Shown here piece by piece: positions 18,919 to 28,257 of a DNA stretch of 64,000 bases. The notes under the pieces are model-generated. The model was not told the origin of the DNA and ran no database searches. It saw only the letters and a program-made list of their open reading frames with translations. Source of the DNA: Candidatus Latescibacterota bacterium (GTDB lineage Bacteria > Latescibacterota > UBA2968 > GCA-2709665); NCBI GenBank assembly GCA_965219995.1, contig CBDCOX010000002.1, positions 4,736,001 to 4,800,000 on the forward strand. The letters are read 5' to 3'. How positions within the stretch are numbered: position 1 is the first letter of the stretch; each line of letters starts with the position of its first letter. The position numbers were made by a program, and so were the translations under genes.

Positions 18919-19377
18919 TTACCCATGCGCCCTGCTGTCCTTGACTTCAATCCCCTTCGCCTCCGCGAATGCGGTCGCCGCGGCGATGATTTCGGGTTTG
19001 ACTGTCTGGTTGACGCTATAACTCATTCCGCCAAAGTTAATCGCAACGCTTTTCTCGTTGTTGAGGATGAATTCGACCTTCTTCGTTTCAACGTGAATCT
19101 CAGCGATCGAAGGCCACGAAATATCGTCGTGCCGGAACAAGCCTTTCTCAATCTCCAGATTCGCATCCCTAAACGCTATAATGTGCTTGTTCATCTTTGG
19201 TACGAGACCAACGAAGGTCAAGATAAGCAGCCCCGCCACCAACTGGGCTGTGCCCAATAAGGTGCTGTTCTCCAAATAGATGAATCCTAAAACTACGAAC
19301 AATACACCCATAGCGGTTTGGGTCAGGAGAAACCCCCGCGTTACAGGTACGGTAAGGTCGAAAGTCTGCTCTTCCAT
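18919..19377 (-). CDS. Membrane protein (2 TM helices plus PH-like domain), paralog of 21486-21938
   Basis: GAGGAGG RBS. Shares TFDLxVPV, IxWxxIxEIxV, SYxxNQxVKPxII and FAxxKGIxVxDSR with the paralog. Confidence 0.8.
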   Translation of the reverse strand: MEEQTFDLTVPVTRGFLLTQTAMGVLFVVLGFIYLENSTLLGTAQLVAGLLILTFVGLVPKMNKHIIAFRDANLEIEKGLFRHDDISWPSIAEIHVETKKVEFILNNEKSVAINFGGMSYSVNQTVKPEIIAAATAFAEAKGIEVKDSRAHG

Positions 19378-19664
19378 TGCGGGACCCTCCTCATTAATCG
19401 AACCGTGAGTAATCGCGGCCTGCCTGACCGTTGATTACTTTGTCGATGCCATGACACTTCAAGACATCGTTTGGACCAAGCCAATGCGCATGGGATGCGG
19501 GCTACGGGTTAATATACGACTACGACAGCAAATGTGAGAACCAAAGATATACTGGCCGCGGTTTCAGATTGCCCGGGTTGCACGGGTTGTCTTTTTCGAT
19601 CCGCTCTTCATGCCTATATTGTGCGGGGGAATTCAACTGGCATTTTGCGGAGGATGGCGAGGCG

Positions 19665-20432
19665 ATGCGGATTCTGATTGTCGATGGTTGGACCCATGAA
19701 GGGAACCGGACGCACGCGCTTGCGGGATGCGAGGAGCAGACGCGCGTGTTCGAGTCACTCGTTCGAGAGTTCCAGCTTGAGGCGGATATTCGGATTGTCG
19801 GGACGCAAAGCGACGCCGGGCCGGCAGATCTGAATCTCAGTACATTCGATGCCGCGGTCTGGACGGGCGGGGGCGGAAATATCTACGAGAACGACACATT
19901 CAACCGGCGCCAACTCAGGCTGGGCGAACGCGTCCTTGAGGAGGTACCGCACGTCTGGGGCAGTTGCTGGGGGTTTCAGGTCATCACGACCGTCTGCGGC
20001 GGGGAGGTGGCGCCCGCCCGCGCGCCGGAAATCGGCATCGCGAATCACATCACGGTCCGACCGGTGGATTTCGCCGAGACCCTTTATTGCGGAAAGCCAC
20101 ACACGTTCGATGCGCCCGCCCATCATTTCGACGAGACCGCCCGGCTGCCCGCCAGGTTCGACATTGTCGCGGAAAATGCGACAACGCTACAGGCCGTCGT
20201 ATCAAGAGACCGGCGCATCACGTGCACGCAATACCATCCGGAATTGCCCTATGACTACATCGGAAGGCTGATGATGCACTGGGCGCCCAATTACAGGTCG
20301 ATGTTCACGGAGGAGGCGTTTCAGGAGTTGCTGGCGGGGTTGAAGAAGAAGGAGAGGGAAGAAAAAGACCTGAGGAAGGTCGAATTCAGAAACTGGCTGG
20401 AATTCGTGAGGAAAGGCACAGATTTCGATTAA
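19665..20432 (+). CDS. Type 1 glutamine amidotransferase-like protein
   Basis: 'WTGGGG', nucleophile elbow 'GSCWGFQ', 'QYHPE' (Cys-His-Glu triad). ATG at 19665. Confidence 0.88.
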   Translation: MRILIVDGWTHEGNRTHALAGCEEQTRVFESLVREFQLEADIRIVGTQSDAGPADLNLSTFDAAVWTGGGGNIYENDTFNRRQLRLGERVLEEVPHVWGSCWGFQVITTVCGGEVAPARAPEIGIANHITVRPVDFAETLYCGKPHTFDAPAHHFDETARLPARFDIVAENATTLQAVVSRDRRITCTQYHPELPYDYIGRLMMHWAPNYRSMFTEEAFQELLAGLKKKEREEKDLRKVEFRNWLEFVRKGTDFD

Positions 20433-20455
20433 TTCAGAATCAAGTGATCCCCCTC

Positions 20456-21440
20456 TGTCATTCTGAGCGCAGCGAAGAATCTCCCGTCTTCGCGATCGTC
20501 CAATACCTATTAGCGCGTTAAACTCATTGGCACGGACACATCGCCGGCATGGCGCGATGCAGGCAGACAGGAGTGTCTGCCCCACCCTCACTTCCCCAAT
20601 GGCTATTGCAAAACCTGTCATTCTGAGCGGAGTCGAAAACCGCCTACCAAAACGTGGTCATTGCTTGCGTTGAGCTTGTCGAAACGGCTTGTCGAAATGC
20701 CCGTATATGGGGATCCCATCGACACACGTGCCGCCTGTGGCGTCGATTGAGTACCAGGAGCCTGGGTATCAGCCGATGCCGCAGTAGATCCTTCGTCAGC
20801 CGGCCTGCCGATAATTCTCTGGCAGGCCTGACGGCTTCCTCAGGATGACATGTTGGGCGAGGGTGTAACGGATGCCTTTCGGGGATGATGATGTACACGC
20901 ATGTCATTCTGAGCGCAGCGAAGAATCTCCCGTATTCTCAGTCGTCCTATACACAGCAACGCGTTAAACTCATTTGCGCGGACAGATCGTCGGCATAGCG
21001 CGATGCAGGCAGACAGGAGTGTCTGCCCCACCCTCACTTCCCCAATGGCTATTGCAAAACCTGTCATTCTGAGCGGAGTCGAAGACCGCCTACCAAAACG
21101 TGGTCATTGCTTGCGTTGAGCTTGTCGAAACGGCTTGTCGAAATGCCCGTATATGGGGATCCCATCGACACACGTGCCGCCTGTGGCGTCGATTGAGTAC
21201 CAGGAGCCTGGGTATCAGCCGATGCCGCAGTAGATCCTTCGTCAGCCGGCCTGCCGATAATTCTCTGGCAGGCCGGTCGCTTCCTCAGGATGACATGTTG
21301 GGCGTAGACTTGACCCAGACACTTCGCCAATGGCTATTGCATAGCATGTCATTCTGAGCGTAGCGAAGAATCTCCCGTCTGTTCGGTCGTCCTTAACGCC
21401 AAATTACGCGCCAATCACATCTGCGCGTGGACTTCGTCAG
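20456..21440. repeat. Composite tandem repeat, ~446-bp unit x2 plus a partial third unit, built from REP-like palindromes (BIME-like mosaic)
   Basis: Units start with TGTCATTCTGAGCGYAGCGAAGAATCTCCCGT at 20456, 20902 and 21347. About 300 bp of the core is near-identical between units 1 and 2. Confidence 0.9.
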
Positions 21441-21485
21441 AGTGCGAGTGAGCAGGTTGCCGCATTGAAGCGCGGCGCGGTGTCA

Positions 21486-21938
21486 TCAGCTTCGACTGTC
21501 TCTGACGGGAATTCCCTTCACCGCCGCGAACTCATTCAGCGTCTCGATGATTTGGGGTTTTACGATCTGGTTGTCAACATAGCTCAGACTAAATCTCCAT
21601 TTCACGCGTTTTCCCTCCTTGAGCCCGATTACCACTTTCATCAATTGTACTTGAATCTCAGAGATTGTCTCCCAGGGAATCGTAAGTTTCCTGTACAAAC
21701 TCCCGTCAATCACGAGGTGCGCATCGTGAAACGTAACGACATATCTGTGTACACGCGGCGTCAATGCAACGAAAAGCAGGAATATCAAACCGAAGGCGAA
21801 TTGCACACCGCCGAAAACATCGTCACCCCTCAGCGTGCTGAAGTAACCGCTGGCGATCTCGATAATGCCAAAAACCGTCCAGGTCACGATCATCAAACGG
21901 GATACAGGGACAGAGAGATCGAATGTTCGGGAATCCAT
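21486..21938 (-). CDS. Membrane protein (2 TM helices plus PH-like domain), paralog of 18919-19377
   Basis: End-to-end similarity with the 152-aa paralog. Confidence 0.8.
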   Translation of the reverse strand: MDSRTFDLSVPVSRLMIVTWTVFGIIEIASGYFSTLRGDDVFGGVQFAFGLIFLLFVALTPRVHRYVVTFHDAHLVIDGSLYRKLTIPWETISEIQVQLMKVVIGLKEGKRVKWRFSLSYVDNQIVKPQIIETLNEFAAVKGIPVRDSRS

Positions 21939-22483
21939 GGCAGCGGTGTTCTTTAGGGAACGGATTTAAACCAGTAGGATCCCGCCCGGGTACCGAGCGT
22001 ATCCTTCGGCCGCATTGAAACTGAATCGCGGCCCACAATTGGCACATACACGAACCATATCTAAAGATACGCTCTTGTGCGTTGAAAAGAGCACCAAAGT
22101 TGGTATGGCGTCGTACCGGAAATTACCTCGATTGCGAGTTGTAATCATCCACCTGCCTTGTGGTACAGGCACCCATTTCGCACAGAAAATTCGCCGGAAC
22201 GGTTGTTTTCTGGTATCTCCCTATCGCTGCTAATGCGTTCAGGTCCATTTGTGAAGTCTAGATTTCCCTTGACTCAAAGGGAATCTTGGATTTCCTTCTT
22301 TGTCTGGCGAATGAATTCGGGTGGTGTGGTTTGCGGTTGGGTTTGGCTGTTGCGAAATTGAGTCGTCCCGTTCACTCGACCTCTGGGCGCGAGGAGTGAA
22401 GAGCAGAGCCGGATGTTCTTCAGCACTCGCGCGGTTTCAACTCGGGGGCGGGGAGACGGGTTTTTTGTCCACGTTGGGATGGT

Positions 22484-24118
22484 ATGCGGTCCATATCAGA
22501 GTTTCTGAGCGGCAAGACGCTGTTCGTGACGGGCGCAACGGGGTTTCTGGCGAAGGGATTCGTGGAGAAGATCCTGTTTTCGTCCCCCGAAGTGGTGCGG
22601 ATCTATCTCCTGATCCGGCCTCGGTCGCGTTCCAACGGACAGATCATTTCCGAAGCGGAACGGCTGGAGTCGGAGGTGCTTCAGTCCCGCGCGTTCGCGA
22701 GGCTCCGCGAGAAGTGGGGCGCCGCGTTTCAATCGGTGATGGCGGAAAAGATCGAACCGGTGGCCGGCGATCTGACCGAAGACGGTCTTGGGATTTCCTC
22801 GGGGCAGCGCGAGCGCCTCATTGAGGAGGTTGATTTCGTCGTCAACTTTGCCGGGACCGTGGTCTTCGACGAGCCCATCGACAGCGCGCTCGAGCAGAAC
22901 ACGATGGGCGCCGCCCGGGTATTGGCGTTCGCGAAGTCCTGCCGGAAAGCCGCGCTCGTTCATGTGTCGACGGCGTACGTCAGCGGGACCCGGACCGGCC
23001 AAATTCCCGAGGCCCCGTTTCCCCAGGACCGGAGCGTAACGGACCTCATCAACGGAAGCGCGGCAGGATTCGACCTCCAGGGCGAGATCGACGCCATTCG
23101 GACCTTTGCGAAGAAGGTGAAGGCGGCGTCCGACGAGCCCGAATTGGAGGCGGCGTTCCTGAAGCAGCTCCGGCGCCAGGACCGCGGCAAACGCGTGACC
23201 GACTATCGGAAGGCGCACCAGGTCGAGGCCCTCCGCGAGCGCTGGATCCGGAAGCAGCTGGTGGATGAAGGGATGCGGCGGGCCAGGCGCTTCGGATGGA
23301 ATGACAGCTATACGCTCACGAAGGCGATGGGCGAGCAGTTGATCGTAAAGTCGCGCGGCGATCTGCCGACGGCCATCGTCCGGCCGGCGATCGTGGAAAG
23401 CAGTCTCGAGGACCCGGAGCCGGGCTGGGTCGAGGACCTGAAAGTCGCCGATCCGCTGATCGTCCACTACGGCAAGGGCCGGCTGTCGAATTTTCCCATC
23501 GATCCCGGGATCGTCCTGGACATTATCCCCGTGGATGTACTGAACAATGCCGTCGCCGCAGTGCTTCCTCAGGTACACGGATCGCGCGAGATGAAGGTCT
23601 ACCACGTGGCGTCGGGCTCGCAGAATCCGGTCCGGGCGAGCGAAGTGGTGGAACATGTTTACGGGTACTTCAAGACCTCGCCCCTGCGCGACCGGAAAGG
23701 GCAGCCCATCGAAGTTCGGCCCTGGCAGTTCATCAGCAGACGCCGGTTCTCCTGTATGGTCCTGTTGAAATACAAGCTTCCGCTGCGCCTCCTCAAGGCA
23801 GCCGTAGACTATTTGCCAACCCGGTGGGTTTCCCGGTACAGGCGCCGGGTGATGGTAATGGAAGCCATACTGGTCAGGCTCGAGTCCCTGCTCGACATTT
23901 ATTGCGGGTACACCCATCTGGACTGTGAATTCGAAACGGAGAATACCCGCCGGTTGTTCCAGGCGCTGAATCCTGAGGACCAGAGGGTCTTCAACTTCGA
24001 CGTGACGCGCATCAACTGGCGGGAATACTTCCAGGAGATCCACATTCCGGGATTGAAACACCACGTGTTGAAAGAAGGGGACGGGGCGGTTTCCACGCTG
24101 ACCGCCGGGGCCGTTTGA
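22484..24118 (+). CDS. Fatty acyl-CoA/ACP reductase, alcohol-forming (FAR; NAD_binding_4 plus male-sterility C-terminal domain)
   Basis: 'GKTLFVTGATGFLAKGFVEKIL', 'HVSTAYV', catalytic 'YTLTKAMGE', 'RPAIVESSLEDPEPGW', C-terminal 'FNFDVTRINWREYF...HIPGL'. Confidence 0.92.
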   Translation: MRSISEFLSGKTLFVTGATGFLAKGFVEKILFSSPEVVRIYLLIRPRSRSNGQIISEAERLESEVLQSRAFARLREKWGAAFQSVMAEKIEPVAGDLTEDGLGISSGQRERLIEEVDFVVNFAGTVVFDEPIDSALEQNTMGAARVLAFAKSCRKAALVHVSTAYVSGTRTGQIPEAPFPQDRSVTDLINGSAAGFDLQGEIDAIRTFAKKVKAASDEPELEAAFLKQLRRQDRGKRVTDYRKAHQVEALRERWIRKQLVDEGMRRARRFGWNDSYTLTKAMGEQLIVKSRGDLPTAIVRPAIVESSLEDPEPGWVEDLKVADPLIVHYGKGRLSNFPIDPGIVLDIIPVDVLNNAVAAVLPQVHGSREMKVYHVASGSQNPVRASEVVEHVYGYFKTSPLRDRKGQPIEVRPWQFISRRRFSCMVLLKYKLPLRLLKAAVDYLPTRWVSRYRRRVMVMEAILVRLESLLDIYCGYTHLDCEFETENTRRLFQALNPEDQRVFNFDVTRINWREYFQEIHIPGLKHHVLKEGDGAVSTLTAGAV

Positions 24119-24139
24119 CCGGCTTGCGGGGTTTAACGA

Positions 24140-26080
24140 ATGAATCGGAACCAATCAGTTCCCGTGCACCGAATGTTGTTGCAGGATCCCGCCCGGTTGG
24201 GAGCCGCTTACGACCAGGCGGCCACGGAGCTGATCGCGGCCGTTGAGCCCGAGGGCTATTTCACGGGGTGGACGGCCGGGGATCTGGCGTGGCCGGCTGG
24301 CGGCGCCGGCGAGGTCGGCCTCCAGGGTTTGCGCAAGCGGGCCCGGATCGTGGACGCGATCTACCAGGGTGTACCCGGTTTGCGGGACAGCCGCCTGAAG
24401 GAGGCGCACGACCATTTCGCCGAACTGACGCCGGCTTACCACGAAGGAAACCGCATCTACCTGCGGCTCAGGGATGAATTCGTTGGCAGCGGCGCCGGAA
24501 CCGGCCCGGATTTTCTGAAACTGTACCAGTCCCTGTACGTGGATGCGCTCGCGAAAGGGGACGATTTTTCGCCGGACCCTGCCGAAACCGCACTGGCGCG
24601 AGCCCGGATCTCCCGGGTGCCGCTGTCGCACGCCAGGGCCGTTGCGGAAGCGCTGCCCAGCGTGACGACTGACGACGATCCGCGCTGGAAGGTGGAATAC
24701 GCCTGTACGGTAGATGGCGAGACCTGGAATGGAACCCTCCGGGAACTCCTTGAAGACGTGGCGCAGCGGACCCTGCACTACATCGCGGCCGGAGAGCTTC
24801 TCGCCACGCGCTACAACACCTACAATAACCTGGGCTGGTTTGGCAGTTCGGTGTGGAAGGTGGTCGCGGAAGCCGACGTGCGACTGTGTCGGATGGAGGA
24901 ATCGGATCCCGCACGCTCGGAGAGGCTAAAGGCCGACGTTGACCTGACACGCAGCATGCTCGTGGAGTTCCTGGCGGCGCACCGGGAGGACCCCGCCCGG
25001 CTCAGGCCTGAGAACTACTGGTACGGGCAACCGTACAGCTATCTGACGCGGGACATGATCGACGTGAGCGTCCGGATCGCTGAGGGCGTGAATTCGGCGG
25101 CAAGGGACCTGGACGGGGTGGCGGAGATGGCGCTCCCGCCCCTGCTGGCGGGCACCCACGTCGGCCGGTTTCTGGACTACGCCCACGTGGGCGTGACCGA
25201 GGAACTGACGTCCTTCCAGCGAAAGATCCGGATGTTGCGGTGGGCGAGTCGGTGCTGGCGGGTGGGAAAGCGCCGCCGGCAAATCGCGGACGAGAACCTG
25301 GGGCCGTCACAGCGGCACGAACGCGCGTGGGAGGTCTGGCTGGATTGGTCCCGGGACACGATGAACGCCTTCGGAATCCGGCTGGAAGTGACGATCGCAC
25401 CCTTGTTCCGGACGCTGGTCCGTGAAATGGACCTTGCAGCCGGCGGTCAGAGGATACTGTTCCTGCCGTCGCACCAGAGCATGCTCGAGCATTTCGTGGT
25501 GTTTTCCGTCTTCAACGATCCGGTGTTCCTGGATGCGATGGGTTGGGATCGGTCCCGCCCGGTCGTCCAGCTCGCCCGAACGGGACTGGCGAAGTCGACG
25601 TCGGTGAAGATCGGGTCCCATGAGATCAGTATCTTCGGGATGTCACCGGACAAGTTCGACCGGATGTTCGAGACGGTCGACGGTTTCATCACCCGTGACA
25701 GCGTGGATATCTCATCCCATACGATTCCGCGCATCCTGCAGGAGATGGAGCGCCGTCCGGGTGTGATCTATCCGATGGGCACGACGGCTTCGTTCGACGT
25801 GCAGTTGTTCCCGCTGCAGCACGCGCTTTTCGCGAAACTGCCCCAGGACGTCGTGATGGTCCCGATCGTGTTTCGGGGCAGCCACGCGCTCTGGCCCAAG
25901 TGTCCGGCGCGCAATCTGAATATCAATCCCGGCGTGATCGAGGCGGTGATCCTGCCCCCGATGCCGGGAGAGACCACGTTGCTGCCGCGCCGCCGGTCCC
26001 TGCGCATCCAGCTGGAGGCCGCCAATCTGCTTCAGGCGGTACATATTTCAAACCTGCTGAATCCGGAACCCTCGCGATGA
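24140..26080 (+). CDS. Divergent glycerolipid acyltransferase (PlsC/LPLAT-like C-terminal domain) with a large unassigned N-terminal domain; candidate DHAP acyltransferase
   Basis: Block I 'LFLPSHQSMLEH' (HX4E instead of HX4D), block III 'IYPMGT' (cf. FPEGT), block IV 'MVPIVFRG'. The role is inferred from context. Confidence 0.65.
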   Translation: MNRNQSVPVHRMLLQDPARLGAAYDQAATELIAAVEPEGYFTGWTAGDLAWPAGGAGEVGLQGLRKRARIVDAIYQGVPGLRDSRLKEAHDHFAELTPAYHEGNRIYLRLRDEFVGSGAGTGPDFLKLYQSLYVDALAKGDDFSPDPAETALARARISRVPLSHARAVAEALPSVTTDDDPRWKVEYACTVDGETWNGTLRELLEDVAQRTLHYIAAGELLATRYNTYNNLGWFGSSVWKVVAEADVRLCRMEESDPARSERLKADVDLTRSMLVEFLAAHREDPARLRPENYWYGQPYSYLTRDMIDVSVRIAEGVNSAARDLDGVAEMALPPLLAGTHVGRFLDYAHVGVTEELTSFQRKIRMLRWASRCWRVGKRRRQIADENLGPSQRHERAWEVWLDWSRDTMNAFGIRLEVTIAPLFRTLVREMDLAAGGQRILFLPSHQSMLEHFVVFSVFNDPVFLDAMGWDRSRPVVQLARTGLAKSTSVKIGSHEISIFGMSPDKFDRMFETVDGFITRDSVDISSHTIPRILQEMERRPGVIYPMGTTASFDVQLFPLQHALFAKLPQDVVMVPIVFRGSHALWPKCPARNLNINPGVIEAVILPPMPGETTLLPRRRSLRIQLEAANLLQAVHISNLLNPEPSR

Positions 26081-26170
26081 CGAACCGGACCGGAATGTTC
26101 GGACACTTTGTACGAAATCCCAGGGCCGCGTGCCTCGGGCCCCGCCCGTTGAGCTAACCAGGAATACGTT

Positions 26171-28018
26171 ATGCCTGAATGGGGAATAGCAACGCTTGCC
26201 GCAGCGGCCATTCTGCTGGTTGCGCTTCTGCCCAGACGGAGGGGGTCCGGAAGCGAACCGGACGAGTTTTTCGATCATTCCGAAGCGGAACGGTTTCCCC
26301 ACAAGTGGGGATACACGGACACGCGGTTCGAGTTTGTGGACGATCGGACGCTGAAGGTGACCGGCAGCCGGTACCCCATCTCGGGATACCGCATGCCGTT
26401 TCTGATCGACTTTGTGGAGGACGTGCTGGGCATTACGATCCGGAGGGAAGACGCGTTTGCCGAGCGCGCCGATATTGAAGCGCAGGAACCGAACGTGGAC
26501 GCGGCGTTCCGGAGTGCGATGAAGAAACGGTTCGGAGGCGGGCGGGTTTCATTCGATCCTGAAGCCAGGCTGATGCACAGCCACGGACAGCTGAGCGTGG
26601 AGGAAGTGTACCGCGTGATGTATGGAGATTCGCTTCCCAGGCTGGTCGACCTGGTGTTCTATCCCGAGGAGGAGGCCGACGTCAAGGCCATGATCGACCT
26701 CGCCAACGTGCATAACGTGTGCCTGGTGCCCTATGGCGGCGGGACGAACGTGAGCGGCGCGCTGGCGTGTCCGGCCGAGGAGCGGCGCACGATCGTTTCC
26801 GTGGATATGCGACGGATGGACCGGGTGGTGTGGATTGACGAGGCCAATCTTCAGGCCTGTGTCGAGGCCGGGATTTCGGGTAAGGCGATGGAGAGGGCGC
26901 TGGGAGATCGGGGGTACACGTCCGGACACGATCCCGACAGCGTGGAATTGTCCACGATGGGCGGCTGGATCTCGACAAATGCGAGCGGGATGAAGAAGAA
27001 CCGGTACGGCAATATCGAAGACATCGTGCTCGAGGCCACGCTGGTGACGCCCACCGGCGAAATCGCAACCCGCCAGGTCACGCCCAGAAACTCCACGGGC
27101 GTCCAGCCGCGGGGATTGCTGTTCGGAAGCGAAGGCAATTTCGGCATTATCACCACGGCGGTGATCAAGATTCATCCGATCCCCGAGGCGCGCAAGTACG
27201 GGGCGCTCGTTTTCCCGGCTTTCGAGAAGGGCGTTTCTTATCTGAAGGCGCTCCGGCAGACCGGCATGCTGCCCGCGAGCATCCGCCTGGTCAACAACAA
27301 CGAATTCCGGTTCGGACAGGCCCTGAAAGGGGAGCCGTCGTTCCTGAAGGGCGTCAAGGAAAAGATCCAGAAATTCGTCCTGTTGAAGGTGCTGGGTTTC
27401 GATCCGATGAAGATGGGCGCGTGCACCATCGTGATGGAGGGCACGCACGACGAAGTCCGCCAGCAGGAACGCACCATCTTCAGCCTGGCGAAGAAATACG
27501 GCGCCAAAAGCGCGGGCGCCAGCAACGGCAAGCGAGGATATTCGCTGACGTTCGGCATCGCCTATATTCGCGATTTCCTGAACCAATACGGCATTCTGGG
27601 CGAAACCTTCGAGACGTCTGTCCCCTGGGACCGGATCCACCGGGTTTGCAGTGCGGTATCGGAGGAACTGGTGACGCAGGCCGCCGCGCACAACGTGACG
27701 GGGAAACCCTACCTCTCGTACCGGGTGACGCAGACCTATCATACGGGCGTCTGCATTTATTTCACGATGGGTATTTACGGCAAGGGCCTGGAAAAGCCCG
27801 GCCGGACGTTTCACGCGATCGAACACCGGCTTCGGCAGGTGATCCTGGACAATGGAGGGTCTCTGTCGCACCACCACGGCGTTGGAAAGGTGAGGAAGGA
27901 CTTCCTGCCGCAGATCCAGAGCGATAACAGCATCCAGGTGATGCGTCAGGCCAAGAACGCGATGGATCCGAACAACATCTTCGGGATCCGGAATGGCGTT
28001 TTCGGGGAAATGGACTGA
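26171..28018 (+). CDS. agpS: Alkyl-dihydroxyacetonephosphate synthase (FAD-linked, VAO family)
   Basis: 'WGYTD', 'PYGGGTNVS', 'GHDPDSVELSTMGGWISTNASGMKKNRYGNIED', 'GSEGNFGII', 'SIRL', 'IAYIRD', 'FETSVPW', 'RVTQTYHTGVCIYF', 'GGSLSHHHGVGK'. These match AGPS motifs as I recall them from the eukaryotic enzymes. Confidence 0.92.
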   Translation: MPEWGIATLAAAAILLVALLPRRRGSGSEPDEFFDHSEAERFPHKWGYTDTRFEFVDDRTLKVTGSRYPISGYRMPFLIDFVEDVLGITIRREDAFAERADIEAQEPNVDAAFRSAMKKRFGGGRVSFDPEARLMHSHGQLSVEEVYRVMYGDSLPRLVDLVFYPEEEADVKAMIDLANVHNVCLVPYGGGTNVSGALACPAEERRTIVSVDMRRMDRVVWIDEANLQACVEAGISGKAMERALGDRGYTSGHDPDSVELSTMGGWISTNASGMKKNRYGNIEDIVLEATLVTPTGEIATRQVTPRNSTGVQPRGLLFGSEGNFGIITTAVIKIHPIPEARKYGALVFPAFEKGVSYLKALRQTGMLPASIRLVNNNEFRFGQALKGEPSFLKGVKEKIQKFVLLKVLGFDPMKMGACTIVMEGTHDEVRQQERTIFSLAKKYGAKSAGASNGKRGYSLTFGIAYIRDFLNQYGILGETFETSVPWDRIHRVCSAVSEELVTQAAAHNVTGKPYLSYRVTQTYHTGVCIYFTMGIYGKGLEKPGRTFHAIEHRLRQVILDNGGSLSHHHGVGKVRKDFLPQIQSDNSIQVMRQAKNAMDPNNIFGIRNGVFGEMD

Positions 28019-28028
28019 CGATAGATGA

Positions 28029-28217
28029 AGACCTGAAAACGGTGAGACGTAAGTCACGGTAGACGGTAGTTAAAGGCGGTGAGACGTAAAACGGTAGACG
28101 GTAGAAGACGTCCTTGCCCGATTGATTCTACCTTAATGCCTCTGGCAAGATGTGAAACCACACGGGGCACACAATATCTCACGTCTCCCGTCTAACGTCT
28201 ACCCGTTCTTCAGGTCT
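28029..28217. repeat. Dispersed palindromic intergenic repeat, copy B
   Basis: AGACGGT/AGACGTR heptamer arms around the shared core. Outer inverted repeat agacctgaaaacgg / ccgttcttcaggtct. Confidence 0.88.
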
Positions 28218-28257
28218 ATGTGTGAGCGGAATTTGACTCTGACCTGGAAGGTCACGT

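Noticed and set aside
20202-21357. Short ORFs inside the tandem repeat (e.g. 20654-20848, 21100-21357, 20840-21067)
   Set aside because: They are translations of palindromic repeat DNA (e.g. 'EILRCAQND'), their ends differ between units, and they lack an RBS.
20456-21440. CRISPR array
   Set aside because: The period is ~446 bp, the inter-motif segments are homologous to each other rather than unique spacers, and no cas genes are present.
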